A stretch of DNA of 64,000 bases from positions 60,512,001 through 60,576,000 of the forward strand of contig OZ024747.1 of the NCBI GenBank assembly GCA_964016885.1. The letters are read 5' to 3'. The stretch's first letter is position 1. Each line of letters opens with the position of its first letter. This document shows, piece after piece, positions 53,151 through 64,000 of the stretch. Position numbers and translations under genes: made by a program. The notes under the pieces are model-generated. The model made no database searches and had not been told where the DNA came from. It saw only the letters and a list, made by a program, of their open reading frames with translations. This DNA is from Eledone cirrhosa (Eukaryota).

Positions 53151-53475
53151 ATCATCATCATCATCATTTTACGTCTGCTTTTCCCTGCTTGCAAGGGTGG
53201 GACAGGAACTGATTCTGGCTTGATTTCTACAGCTGGAGGCCCTTCCTAACACCAACCTCATTTACAGTGAGTGCTGGGTACTATTTTTGCCGTGGCGCCT
53301 ACACGTCCACTTTACAGTGTGGGCTGGGTGTTTTTTTGCCATGGCACCTCCACGACCACTTTGCAGTGGAATGATAGGGACCCCAGTCCCTATCATCTCA
53401 TTTCTACAGCTGAGTAAACTGGAGCAATGTGAAATAAAGTGTCTTGCTCAAGGAAACAACACATCACCCAGTCTG
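53151..53475 (-). mobile_element. CORE-type SINE with RTE-like tail
   Basis: Nearly identical to 51180-51445, with one extra ~45 bp tail unit. Confidence 0.8.
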
Positions 53476-54209
53476 TATGTATGTATATATGTATTCATGT
53501 GTGTGTGTGTGTGTATTTATGCATGCATGTGTGAATAGCTTATGTTGGGGTGGGAGGTGAATAGTGAAAGGCATCATGTCTAAATGGTATGGGTACCCAG
53601 ACCTCTGATTGCCTACGGGGACATGGTCTCCTCAGGCAAGTAATTTTACCCTTTATTTCCCTGCAGCCAAGTAATATATACACATATTCATGTATACGTC
53701 TATACATCTACATCATTTCCATATACATCTATGTCTACTTCATTGCCAGTCCTGTCTTTACATCAGTATGTTAGCAGTGCTTGGATTGGAATATTTTGGA
53801 ATACTAAAGCAGCAGTGCACACCCACATATGTGTCGCTCTCTGTTTGAAATTAGCCAATCTGTTTAGTATTATAGATAGCTTCTGACACTGAATTTATTA
53901 AAGAGGCTTCTATATCTCAGATTTTGCTGGGTAATATATCGATTTATATATATATTGCTGCAGGCTACAAGAGACTATCAAATAAAGAAAGTAAACTTTT
54001 TAAATATATTTCTATTTTTAGTTATTAAACATAAATAGAAGATATAGGGCAAGATTTAACTTTGATATTGAAGATTTATATCTATGAGTGGAGGGGGATA
54101 GGTACCCCGACAGGACGCAAAATGAATACAGTACCTGTCTACAAGTGTGGATGAGCTTAAAAAGGAGTTAACAAATATTCATCAAACCTACAAATAAAGT
54201 TGGACCCCA

Positions 54210-54427
54210 TTAACTCTTTAGCATTTACATTACTCTATATATACTATTGTATTTACACAGTAAAGTCTTTACCTCACATAATTATCTCACATAATATTGA
54301 ATCTATGAGATTTTGATATTATTTATTTTGAGAACTATAACTTAACAAGCCAGTTTTGGCCGGTTTGAACAGAAAGAGGTGAGAGAATTCTGATTGGATA
54401 GGGCTGGTTTAAATGCTAAAGGGTTAA
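54210..54427 (+). mobile_element. Intact TTAA-flanked piggyBac-like MITE, family A
   Basis: TTAA|CTCTTTAGCATTTA...TAAATGCTAAAGGG|TTAA. Confidence 0.85.
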
Positions 54428-54879
54428 GGCTTTTTGAGTATAGCATTGCTGACTTTATTGGCAAGATCTGCATCAAGCTGTCTCACTTAGATATACTGAT
54501 CTTGCTTTGCCTTTCATCTGAAACATGGACACCCAACTGAGAAAACTTCACTGATATATGTGTGAGAACCAACCAAGACAACTTAATTCAGTCGTACTAA
54601 GATTATCATCACCTCATTTGAACCATCATCAGGGTGCTGACCGTTAATATAAGAATAATAAAGTTCCTGTATTGTTTGGAACAGCAGATGAATACCATTC
54701 ATTTATATGGTTTGATATATTGATATCTTGAACACATGATCGTCATTTCAAATTCCACAGCAGAAATTGTTCTCACCTCCTTATAGCCAGTTCTATATTA
54801 TTCATAAGGCTGACTAGGCTGAAGCTTATAGGCTCTGAAGGGTTTAGGAGCTTGTCAATTTTTTCTTTTATTTATCATT

Positions 54880-55320
54880 ATTATTATGTTGAAACTTTCT
54901 TTGAATTCTGCTTCTTTCCCATATCATCTCGAGTGTCAACTTGACACCTGAGGCAAAATTTGATAATACACATATTTTACAATCAATTGTCATACAATGA
55001 ATACCACAAGGGCATAAATAACAGTAAATGTCATTGCAAAGATCTTTAAATTGTTAATGCCCTTCTTAGGACATGAGTAGTACCAGTCAGCACTATTGTC
55101 TGTATCTCTTGCAGAGATGGCTTTCTAGGTATCAAGTCCAAATATTTTTCAGTACTCTTTTTTATCATTCTAATTGCACCGACTATCACTGGCATTATCA
55201 AGGCCTTAAGTTGCCACATTTTTGCAATTTCAATTGATAGATCTTTATAATTTCTGAGCTTTCCAAACTCTTTAGAGGAGATGTTACGATCTGATAGAAT
55301 GCTCAAACAGATCAGAGATA
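54880..55320 (-). mobile_element. R4/Dong-clade non-LTR retrotransposon 3' fragment (restriction-like endonuclease region)
   Basis: SDRNISSKEFGKLRNYKDLSIEIAKMWQLKALIMPVIVGAIRMI...IQTIVLTGTTHVLRRAL. The 3' end abuts a (TAA)n tract near 54878, the typical Dong target. Confidence 0.8.
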
Positions 55321-55607
55321 ATAACAAAATCAATTATTGATCTCTGTCTCTGATTCCTCTTATACCAATATTCATTGATGTCTTTGTGGTGTTATCTAAT
55401 GGGTTAAGCCAGTAAATCACAATTAAGCCATTGAGATGTTCAAATTTTGAACATCTCAATGATGTAATGACCAGTTCTAAAATTCTTTTTATGACCTATG
55501 TTGATATTTTTGGTCAAATGTTTTTCCTCCATTTTTCTTTTATAACACCTAACAGATTAATTGGTTGCTTGAAACTTGCTATATTGCTAGTTACTGGATG
55601 ACTTTTG

Positions 55608-55813
55608 GGGGTCTGTTGTATTGTTGAGGTCTGTTGTATTGTTGGGGTTCTGCGGTATTGTTGGGGTTCTGCTGTATTGTTGGGGTTCTGTTGTATTGTT
55701 GGGGTTCTGTTGTATTGTTGGGGTTCTATTGTATTGTTGGGGTTCTGTTGTATTGTTGAGGTCTGTTGTATTGTTGGGGTTCTGCGGTATTGTTGGGGTT
55801 CTGTTGTATTGTT
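55608..55813. repeat. 18-19 bp minisatellite, about 11 copies
   Basis: Unit CTGTTGTATTGTTGGGGTT. Confidence 0.93.
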
Positions 55814-55869
55814 GATTACTTGTCATCTTTTTGTGAGTGACTTCCAATTTAAAAAAATCAGTTTTGAGA

Positions 55870-56028
55870 AGATCTTTCTCTTCTTCTTTGCCTGCACAAC
55901 CCTCTCAGGAATAAGTGAGCAAAGTCCTCAAACACTCCTTCCAGCAGGTCCTGTCAGAAGCAACCATCTCCAACTGGATTCCCAAGCTAGTCGAGCCAAG
56001 TTCATGGATGTTGTCCAACTATCTTGTT
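55870..56028 (-). mobile_element. Rex3/Expander-like RTE 3' end fragment
   Basis: Reverse complement of about 37690-37830, rearranged. Confidence 0.65.
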
Positions 56029-56561
56029 TTGAGAAGATAAATAGTGAAATTGTGTTGTTTGTATTATGGAAGAAGTTGACCTTTATCAATTGATTAAACA
56101 TTCTGGTAGAAAAACAAATCCCTTGATCAACTCTACAAGACTGTAAATACTGTTAAGTACCAGTCCTTTACAAAAGATTTACAGCCCACAGTTAGCATGT
56201 GATTGTTTGGGCCCCCTAAGGTTGTGATAAATTTAGAAATAACATTAAAATACTTAAGCTCAGTCGCTTCTTTTGGAATGGAACCACTTTTGTATATTTT
56301 CATCCACCACCCACATGTCTATAATATGATATCGCACATACAAAATATTTGAATAGGTATGAAGCCCACAGAGAACATCTCTATGGCCTACATGAATATT
56401 GTTAAGGAATGATATGGAATTGAGGAGGTAAACGTTACTGCTCGATGGAAGATGGTATTAACAGGTTCAATGAGCTAGTCATTGAAATCATGTAGATGTT
56501 AATAAATTCAATAATATACTGCTGGAAATGTAATAGTTGGGTAACAGAGATGATTTAAAGC

Positions 56562-56612
56562 AACCCTAGATGTCTGCAGACACCATCCTGGTGTCTGCAG
56601 ACATCTAGGGTT
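56562..56612. other. Perfect 24 bp inverted repeat with a 3 nt loop
   Basis: AACCCTAGATGTCTGCAGACACCA tcc TGGTGTCTGCAGACATCTAGGGTT. Confidence 0.92.
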
Positions 56613-56651
56613 CCCTAAACATATTACTGAAGTTATTACTGAGGAAAATAT

Positions 56652-56862
56652 GGAAACTAAAAGATTCCCCAACTATACCGGTCGCTCTCCGACAGGTTTG
56701 CGGTTGTACCCCTGGCAGTGGAGACTTCTGGAGTCCTCGGCCCTAGGGCTACCTCCCAACTCACCACCATAGGCGCTGAGCTGGCCAGCTGTAGGTGTGA
56801 ACCCCGCAAGCTGGAGTGGCTTTTCCAGTGCGTCTCCCTTGCCGCGTAACATTCCATATTTA
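56652..56862 (+). mobile_element. CRE-clade non-LTR retrotransposon C-terminal fragment
   Basis: The frame from 56676 reads YRSLSDRFAVVPLAVETSGVLGPRATSQLTTIGAELASCRCEPRKLEWLFQCVSLAA*. This matches the KY..F.P.AVET.G..G...WL.QR.S.A motif. The stretch is GC-rich relative to its flanks. Confidence 0.7.
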
Positions 56863-59113
56863 AGTATGTGCACTATCATATACTATTATCAGTGAATAGA
56901 TAAAATCATCCTGGCTAAACTAATGTCTCCTTCAACTAAACCACTGTTTGGTTTTTAAAAAAAAAAAAAATCAACGGAGACAACTTAGAAAAACTACTAT
57001 AAGAAACACTTCAGAAGGACAAAGTAATAACTATGACAAAAAGCAGGAGGAGGAGGAAAGGAACTATGGATACAGTGATTCCCAACCTGGAGCCCACAAA
57101 AGTAGTGTTGGGGGCGGGGGGGGTCGATGAGCTGAGTTCAAAATTTCAAATATTGTGTTAAACTCATAATAAACACATGTTTTTAGGTATCCGTTCTTCT
57201 CTAAGTATGAAGATATTCTCTTTTGATTGCTATTCTTGTTGTATAACAGTCTAGGTAATTATATGGGAATTGTAGTCAGAACTTGTGAGAAAGTAATTTA
57301 AATAAAAGGGATCCTTGGTACTGACTGAAAATATTGGGAGCCACTGATTTACAGAATTGTAAGAATGTTAATTGATGCAATGTAAGGGTTTGGAATAGAG
57401 TTGTCTGTCAGAAACCGAAGGAATTCTGATTCATAGTGTCCATTATAATAATAATTGAAGGTTACATTTTATTGAGAATGTTCAGGAATAAAGGTGTGGA
57501 ACCTTTCAAATTCCCAAAGAAGAATTCTATAATGGTGTGAACATTTAAACGAGGGAAATCTACAGAGAAATTTAATCCATGGCTTTTCAGTTATTACTTC
57601 ACTTGACATACAGTACTAATAGCCTTGGGAAAGGGATGGCTATCCCAGCTTCCCCAATCTACATCCTTTAATTGTGGTTGGGAGCTGGTTGGGTTAGTAG
57701 AGAAATTCCCTTTAATATGTTCATGGAAACGCACAGTCTTTTGTAGTAACTCAAGGAGTCAACGAGTTCAGTGACTTTACTGTATAAACAGTGAAGTGAT
57801 GTGATTTCACCTGATCTTCCATACTTTTGGGGTTGGCCTTTCCATTACCATATTTCTACTAAAAGACAGTGCCTGTGAATTGTAAGTAATTTTGAAAATA
57901 TTCAATAATTTTGATGGATTTAGTAATATAACCAACTTTTTCTTCATTTAGCTGGTGTTTTAGAGCATAATTTAACAAAGATTCTTACATGTTATTAGAA
58001 TGAAAGGTTTTTTAATGTATACAAACAACACAACAGAAAGCACCCAGCTCACATTATAAGTGTGGTTGGTGTTAGGAAGGGCATCCAGCTGTAGAAACCA
58101 AGCCAAAATCAGCCCTGGGTGAGTGAAACATGGTTAATCGACTTTTGTCTCTTTCTTCTGAAATTGTTGGCCTTGTGCCTAAATCAGAAACCATTATTAA
58201 AACAATAATATTAATAAAACCTAAAACCTTTTCTTTATATTGCAATGGTTGTTGAACTAAACAACAGTAATAAATACATGTAGAGGGATGATGTTGTTGA
58301 AGGAGATGACATGGAATATTTCCAGTAGTATTTAAAACATCAATCAAGTGTTGTTACCTTCAGTAAGTAATTCTCTCAATGAAGCAGAATTTTAGATGAA
58401 CAATAACTTGAATATGTTTTTATATTTGAAACAGCTCAACTCTGAGAGCTTTTAGACAATAAGGATTTGTGGCTGCCATATCAAGGGGGGAATACACAGA
58501 GAATGATAGAGAAAGAAAAATAGGAGTGTGTAGGTGAAGAAAGCAAAGATTATTAGAAAACTAAATAATTTCTTTAATGTTTTAAGTGTGTGGAAGTATG
58601 TAGAAGAGGCCATCAAAGGATATGAAGTAGAATTGTGAGATATATTAAGAAGAAGCATATAATAATGATAACTTTGCAATATTGAATTCTTGATAGATTT
58701 GAATCATTGTAGATTCTATTGAAGAAGATTATGTTTAAGCAAGTTTGTGGAGAGAGAGAGAGAGAGAGAGAGAGGCGGTGTGGGCGGAGGGGGGGTTGGG
58801 GATATCTGGTTATACAAGTTTATAGCTGAGATGGAAAAAAGGAAGGAAAGAAAGAGGTATTGAAATACTTGAGAATAAGGTTTGGATGAATTCCAGTGGT
58901 TTTAACAAATTGTCAGTATTTCTTATTTCTTACCTTTTTCATCTAAAGTAATTGAAACTGTTGACCCTATCCAAAAGACATATATATATACCCCCTCTCT
59001 CCCTTGAAAAGACACACACACACATATATATATATATATACATATATATCCAAGATATTTGAAATGTTGACCAATGTTGACCCTATCCAAAAGACACACA
59101 CACTCACACACAT

Positions 59114-59161
<48 letters not shown>

Positions 59162-59165
<4 letters not shown>

Positions 59166-60048
59166 GTTAGTCCAAAGAATCATTAGATAAGATATATTCA
59201 GTATTTCCTCTCCCAATCAGTATAAATCAACCACACAAAAAATCATTTATACGAGGCTATAAGTTTTAAATGTACTTATGAAGAAATAATAGACAAATGA
59301 TATAGCTTCTTTTCCGCGATGTACAGCCACATGATATTTACCTAATATTCCTTCTAGCCTGTAGAAATTGACTAGACGCATAGTTAACTATACGGAATTA
59401 GGTACAAATTCGAAGTTAGAAGAAAAAAATGTACATAAACTTTACCAGAATCTTCATAATCTCTACCAACCACCGGTTTTGTTCCACTTTTTGGATATAT
59501 CTGGTCTTGGATAAATCCACGAGGCTCGGAACTCATCAGGAGATACCTCAGACTGGACTAACATTTTTCTACCATGATCCCCCCCCAGAAATGAATTCAA
59601 AATGGCTAAGAACCGTCACGTGTCCAGTGGTCAAGGCAGAAAGTTTGTGATTGGTGCCTGTCGACGAGTAGGCTGGTTGCTAGAAAGCGCAACCGAATAC
59701 TACCTAAAGTTTTACTCAACCTTACGGGAGTATATATTAAATTTAAAGGGAATACATATATAAATTAGACAAAGTCATAGATACATATATATGTTTTTGG
59801 CAACCATTCACGGTGTGGCTCAATGAAGAATTAATTAATTAAATAATCAGAGCAATATATAAAAATGTAAGTCCAAAGAATCATTAGATAAAATATATAC
59901 TGTATTTCCTCTCCCAATCAGTATAAATCAACCACACAAAAAAATCATTTAAACGAAGCTATAAGTTTAAAATGTATTTATGAAGAAATAATAGACAAAT
60001 GATATAGCTTCTTTCTGCAATGTACAGCCACATGATATTTACCTAATA
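59162..60048 (-). mobile_element. Terminally redundant, (TA)n-flanked element with a degenerate hammerhead (701 bp period)
   Basis: Direct repeat 59162-59347 / 59863-60048, with a hammerhead-like fold at 59458-59545. Confidence 0.6.
59458..59545 (-). ncRNA. Degenerate type I hammerhead ribozyme (GAAA changed to AAAA)
   Basis: AUCUC CUGAUGA GUUCC...GGAAC AAAA CCGG ugg UUGG UA^GAGAU. Confidence 0.6.
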
Positions 60049-60447
60049 AACATATATATATATTAGAAAGTGAGGGTTTTTTACAAAATGAAAAAAAAAC
60101 GAGGTGTCCTATACGAGTGAAAGTATAAGGAAAAAAGATGAAATCGAAAATGCAACTGGAGTCTTTTTTTTTTTTAAATACATATATATATATCCAGGAT
60201 GTTATTTGAAATGTTGACACTCCCCAAAAGACATACAAACAAGTCTATCCGATTGATTTTTAATCTCTTATAGGGTTACTCCCTTGATAATGAGTTTTTA
60301 AACCCGAAAATATTTAGGATTGTTAAATTTGCTAAGGTAAGATTCTTTTATCTTGGCAATTTAACAATCTTCATAATGCATTGTGGTGGTCTTCAAAATT
60401 TAAATTTGTGTTTCCTATTAAACAATACTTCAAGCAAGCTACAAAAC

Positions 60448-60485
<38 letters not shown>

Positions 60486-60545
60486 TGCAAGCAGGGAAAA
60501 AGCAGACGTAAAATGAAATGATGATGATGATGATGATATATATAT

Positions 60546-60728
60546 ATGAGAGGGATGAACACCGATACAAGTATACATGTGTTCGAATTGCAAATGACCA
60601 AGTTAGCTAGGTTGAAAAAATACTAATTTAAAACATATTATTTTAGATTAGTATTTTTTCAACCTAGCTAACTAGGTCATTTGCAATTTGAACACATGTA
60701 TACTTGTATCTGTGTTCATCCCTCTCAT
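60546..60728. other. ~183 bp fold-back palindrome (about 88 bp arms, 4 non-Watson-Crick positions)
   Basis: The left arm is also present singly at 52218-52292. Confidence 0.9.
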
Positions 60729-60819
60729 CTATTCAATTGTATTACATGGCTCGGAAAGGTTCCCTTCCTTGAGCTATTTAATTGTAAAAGACTATTTTGA
60801 GATTCTAACTCAATATATG

Positions 60820-60876
<57 letters not shown>

Positions 60877-62800
60877 GTAGCAGGTCTATATTTAAATTCA
60901 GTATGCATAGAACTTGATAAATGTGGGACAGCGATTGTTGTTGGGCTGATAGTATACAAAGCTGTGAGTTGCTCAACGTATGTTAAGCTGAAATAGTATT
61001 CTTCAGTGAGTTGAGAAGCTGAGAGAGGATTAAAGTGAAATTTGTGGCTATATGTGTGTCATTGTAAGGAATGACTACGAAGAGTACAGCTTTGCCGGTA
61101 GCTTTTTTATGTAACTTCAAAACTAGTTGAGAAGAGAAGTATCGCAATGTCCATACATGAATCAAACTTCACACATACATGTGTTTGTGGGGGAAAAGCA
61201 ATTGTAATGTTTGATGCAATGTGTATGTGCATACAAACATTTAATACAGATGTATCAAAATTTTGAAACCTGAACATGTATATGCAGAAGTAAAATTTTG
61301 AAAAATAAACAGTACAGCTTACATTTGTATACAAGATTTATCAGAAAGATAAAAAAAAAAAAATGAATAATTGTTCTAAACAATTAAGAGTTTTTCTTTT
61401 TGTTTGTTTTCTTCCAGTGTGTCTGTGCTTTTGCTTAACTGATTTAAGTCTGCTGATGCTGTTAGGGTTTGATACTGGTATTGTTGTTCTTGTAGTTGTA
61501 AGCTTGGTTTTGAAAAATTTCTTGTCATTGCTGTTGCTACAGATGTTGTTGTTGTAGTGATGCACGAATGAATTCAATAGCATGTGAAAACATCATTTTA
61601 TACGTAGTGTGTTGTTTATTTTTATTTTTTTGAAAGTCTGTTTCCTTGTTCGAAAGTTAGTTTTCATTTTCAAAAGTTGTGTTCATAGAATATATCGTTG
61701 TTTTTCATAACACAATGCTGTGTTTTTCAAAACATTCTTATTTTTTTAGAAAGTTAATTTTCGTGTATGTATGTATGTTTCTTTTTGTTGTTTTTTTTTA
61801 TATATTATTGGAAAATGCATCAGAAGTGCATGTTCTGTTTTTTTTTTATCAATATCAGAAAACTCTATGTTCGTAAAACTGTTCTGAAGGCTGCGCTTTC
61901 TAGTATCAGGATTTCACCAATTACAGTGGCTCTAAAGAAATAAAGAATGGAAGGATGTTGTGGTGTTGATTCAGTTGTTGTGTGGTCACCATTGCATAGA
62001 GTCTAGGCAAAGGAAGATTAATGTACCTGATACGGTGTAACCAGAGATTGCAGCTGTGAATAACAGTGTCCCTTATGATGATGATTCCTAGGTTAAGTGA
62101 TTTACCCTGATCATATAGGTAATGAAATATATAAACACAATAATACACTGCAGTACTACTAATCTCTCTTGAAATCATTTCATTACCCTCATTTCTTTCA
62201 TCAACAGTTTACTTCTCTTGGTTGGAATATATTTCTTTCACCTCCAATACTTCTGGTACTTTCTTTGATATATAACAACAAGAGAAATTTTGCAAAGCAG
62301 TAAAAGATCTGTTTGGGGCTTGAAGCAGGCAAAGAATTTTCTCAAAATAGATGTTGCATGGTTGCTGTGGGGCCTTCTTAGCTCTTGGGCCCCAGAACAA
62401 AGTACTGGTTGGATCCCCACCCCCTCTCATAGGCCCTGCAAGCATTCATATAAGGCCATCTTTCCCTGCTAAAGCTGATATTAGCTTTGTAGGGCTGATA
62501 ACAAACTTCTCTAGCTTATCTTATCACTGACACTCTGTGTTTGAACATGTTAATAGCCCTCCCTTTTATCCATCTCTGTTCAATATAAAGCTATTGCCCT
62601 GCTCCATCTCTCGACTTACTGGCCATCTACAGCTATTTAAACTGTTATATATTATATTGATATGTATGTATGAACCTATAACTCCTGGTGGAATCATACA
62701 GGGCACCATCATGATATATGTCTTGTCTTGGGCACTTTAAACCTGGCAGAGCCCATCCCATATCCAGATCTGAACAAAGCTGATTTCATCCAGACCAGGG

Positions 62801-62858
<58 letters not shown>

Positions 62859-64000
62859 GTGGGGAGGAAGTAAGAAAGAGATATAAAGGAAAAATTGACC
62901 ACAGTAGTGGCCTGGTGATTTATCATCTTCTGGAAGTGTCCATTGTTGAAAAATTGAAAAATGACTTACTTATCCAGAAGCTATTTCACAATGCTCAGGA
63001 ATCCCTCTTGGAGAACTGAGGATAGCAGGTCAAAGGGTGATGATGATGACAACCAAATCTCTCTGAAGTCTTGATTATTTTGAAAGTGATTTTAAAATAA
63101 TCAACAATGCCTTTCATTAAGAAAAGAGTTAAACATGCAACATTATATCATAAAACAACAGCTGTTCTTTGTATCAATATACCTAGTGTGACATAAACTG
63201 ATGCTAAATCTTTCTAAGATTACACTTGACATTTTATTCTGAATGAGAAGAGCAGAAACGATAAAAACTCCATTATATATGCAGGAAACCAATTCTTGCT
63301 TGTGTAATTACATTCATTAGCCAGTATTATTGACAGTGGAATATGTTTCTGTTAAGTTGGTGGTTCTGATGTACTTTTACAGATTAGGTTGGGTAGGTAA
63401 CCTTAATAAGTGACATCTTTTTGAAATTAAATTGTAATAAAAGGTATGTCGAGAAGAAAAAAAACATTATTGATATTGCTGGAGAAATTTAATTTAATTA
63501 GCATTTTTATTGCTTTTTGCTTTGTTTTGAATTTTCTTTTTTTCTCACGTTTAATTGTTAGGAATTTTTGTGAAGTTTATTTTCAATTTTTTTGTTTTGT
63601 TTTCTTTATTGCTATTTTATTTTTTTAATTTTCTTTCTCCTTTGACTGCATACTCTTCGAAATAGAATGAAACATAAAACTTAATTATATTAGAATTAAC
63701 AGAAATAAATAAAGAACAGAATTGACAACAGTAACATTATTCACATGTGATATTCCTAAAGTAATTCGAATATTTTTGTAAAAAAAAACATAAAAGACTA
63801 AAATAAAGCTAAACCCATCACTATATTGATGAGAAGGATGACTTTAAAAGTTGCAGTCTAAAGCTGAAATTTTGACCTAACACTAATATTTTCTTTTACG
63901 TGTATTTAACATTTATTTTTTACTTCAGTTTCCAATAAAATGCTTAATGCTTCAAATATTCTGAATAAATACTCTCTACATTTCAATATATTAACCCTAA

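Noticed and set aside
54500-54645. Minus-strand CTGATGA near 54630
   Set aside because: I could not build stems II and III.
62300-62440. hAT-like end (GGCCCTG)
   Set aside because: No matching left terminus or TSD found.
62965-63070. Possible minus-strand exon ending at GTAAGT
   Set aside because: Stop codons in all three frames and no recognisable protein.

Overview
Repeat-saturated, AT-rich animal DNA, intergenic or intronic. I recognised no host protein-coding exon. The SINE/LINE families and microsatellite style suggest an octopus or another coleoid cephalopod (inference). Every long ORF in the track is a tandem-repeat artefact. The window holds three large minisatellites (47 bp, 27 bp and a ~16.5 kb array of a 45 bp unit), many microsatellites, and 3' fragments of RTE, Rex3/Expander-like, R4/Dong and CRE retrotransposons. 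It also holds tRNA-derived SINEs, TTAA-flanked and hAT-like MITEs, and two non-autonomous Helitrons. The most interesting feature is at 40457-42170: apparently identical 310 bp units, each with a complete minimal type I hammerhead ribozyme, arranged as two divergent blocks in a (TA)n tract inside a Helitron. This looks like a retrozyme or Penelope-dependent circular-RNA element. A second, older hammerhead element (701 bp period) and a family of G-U-rich RNA hairpins also sit in (TA)n tracts.
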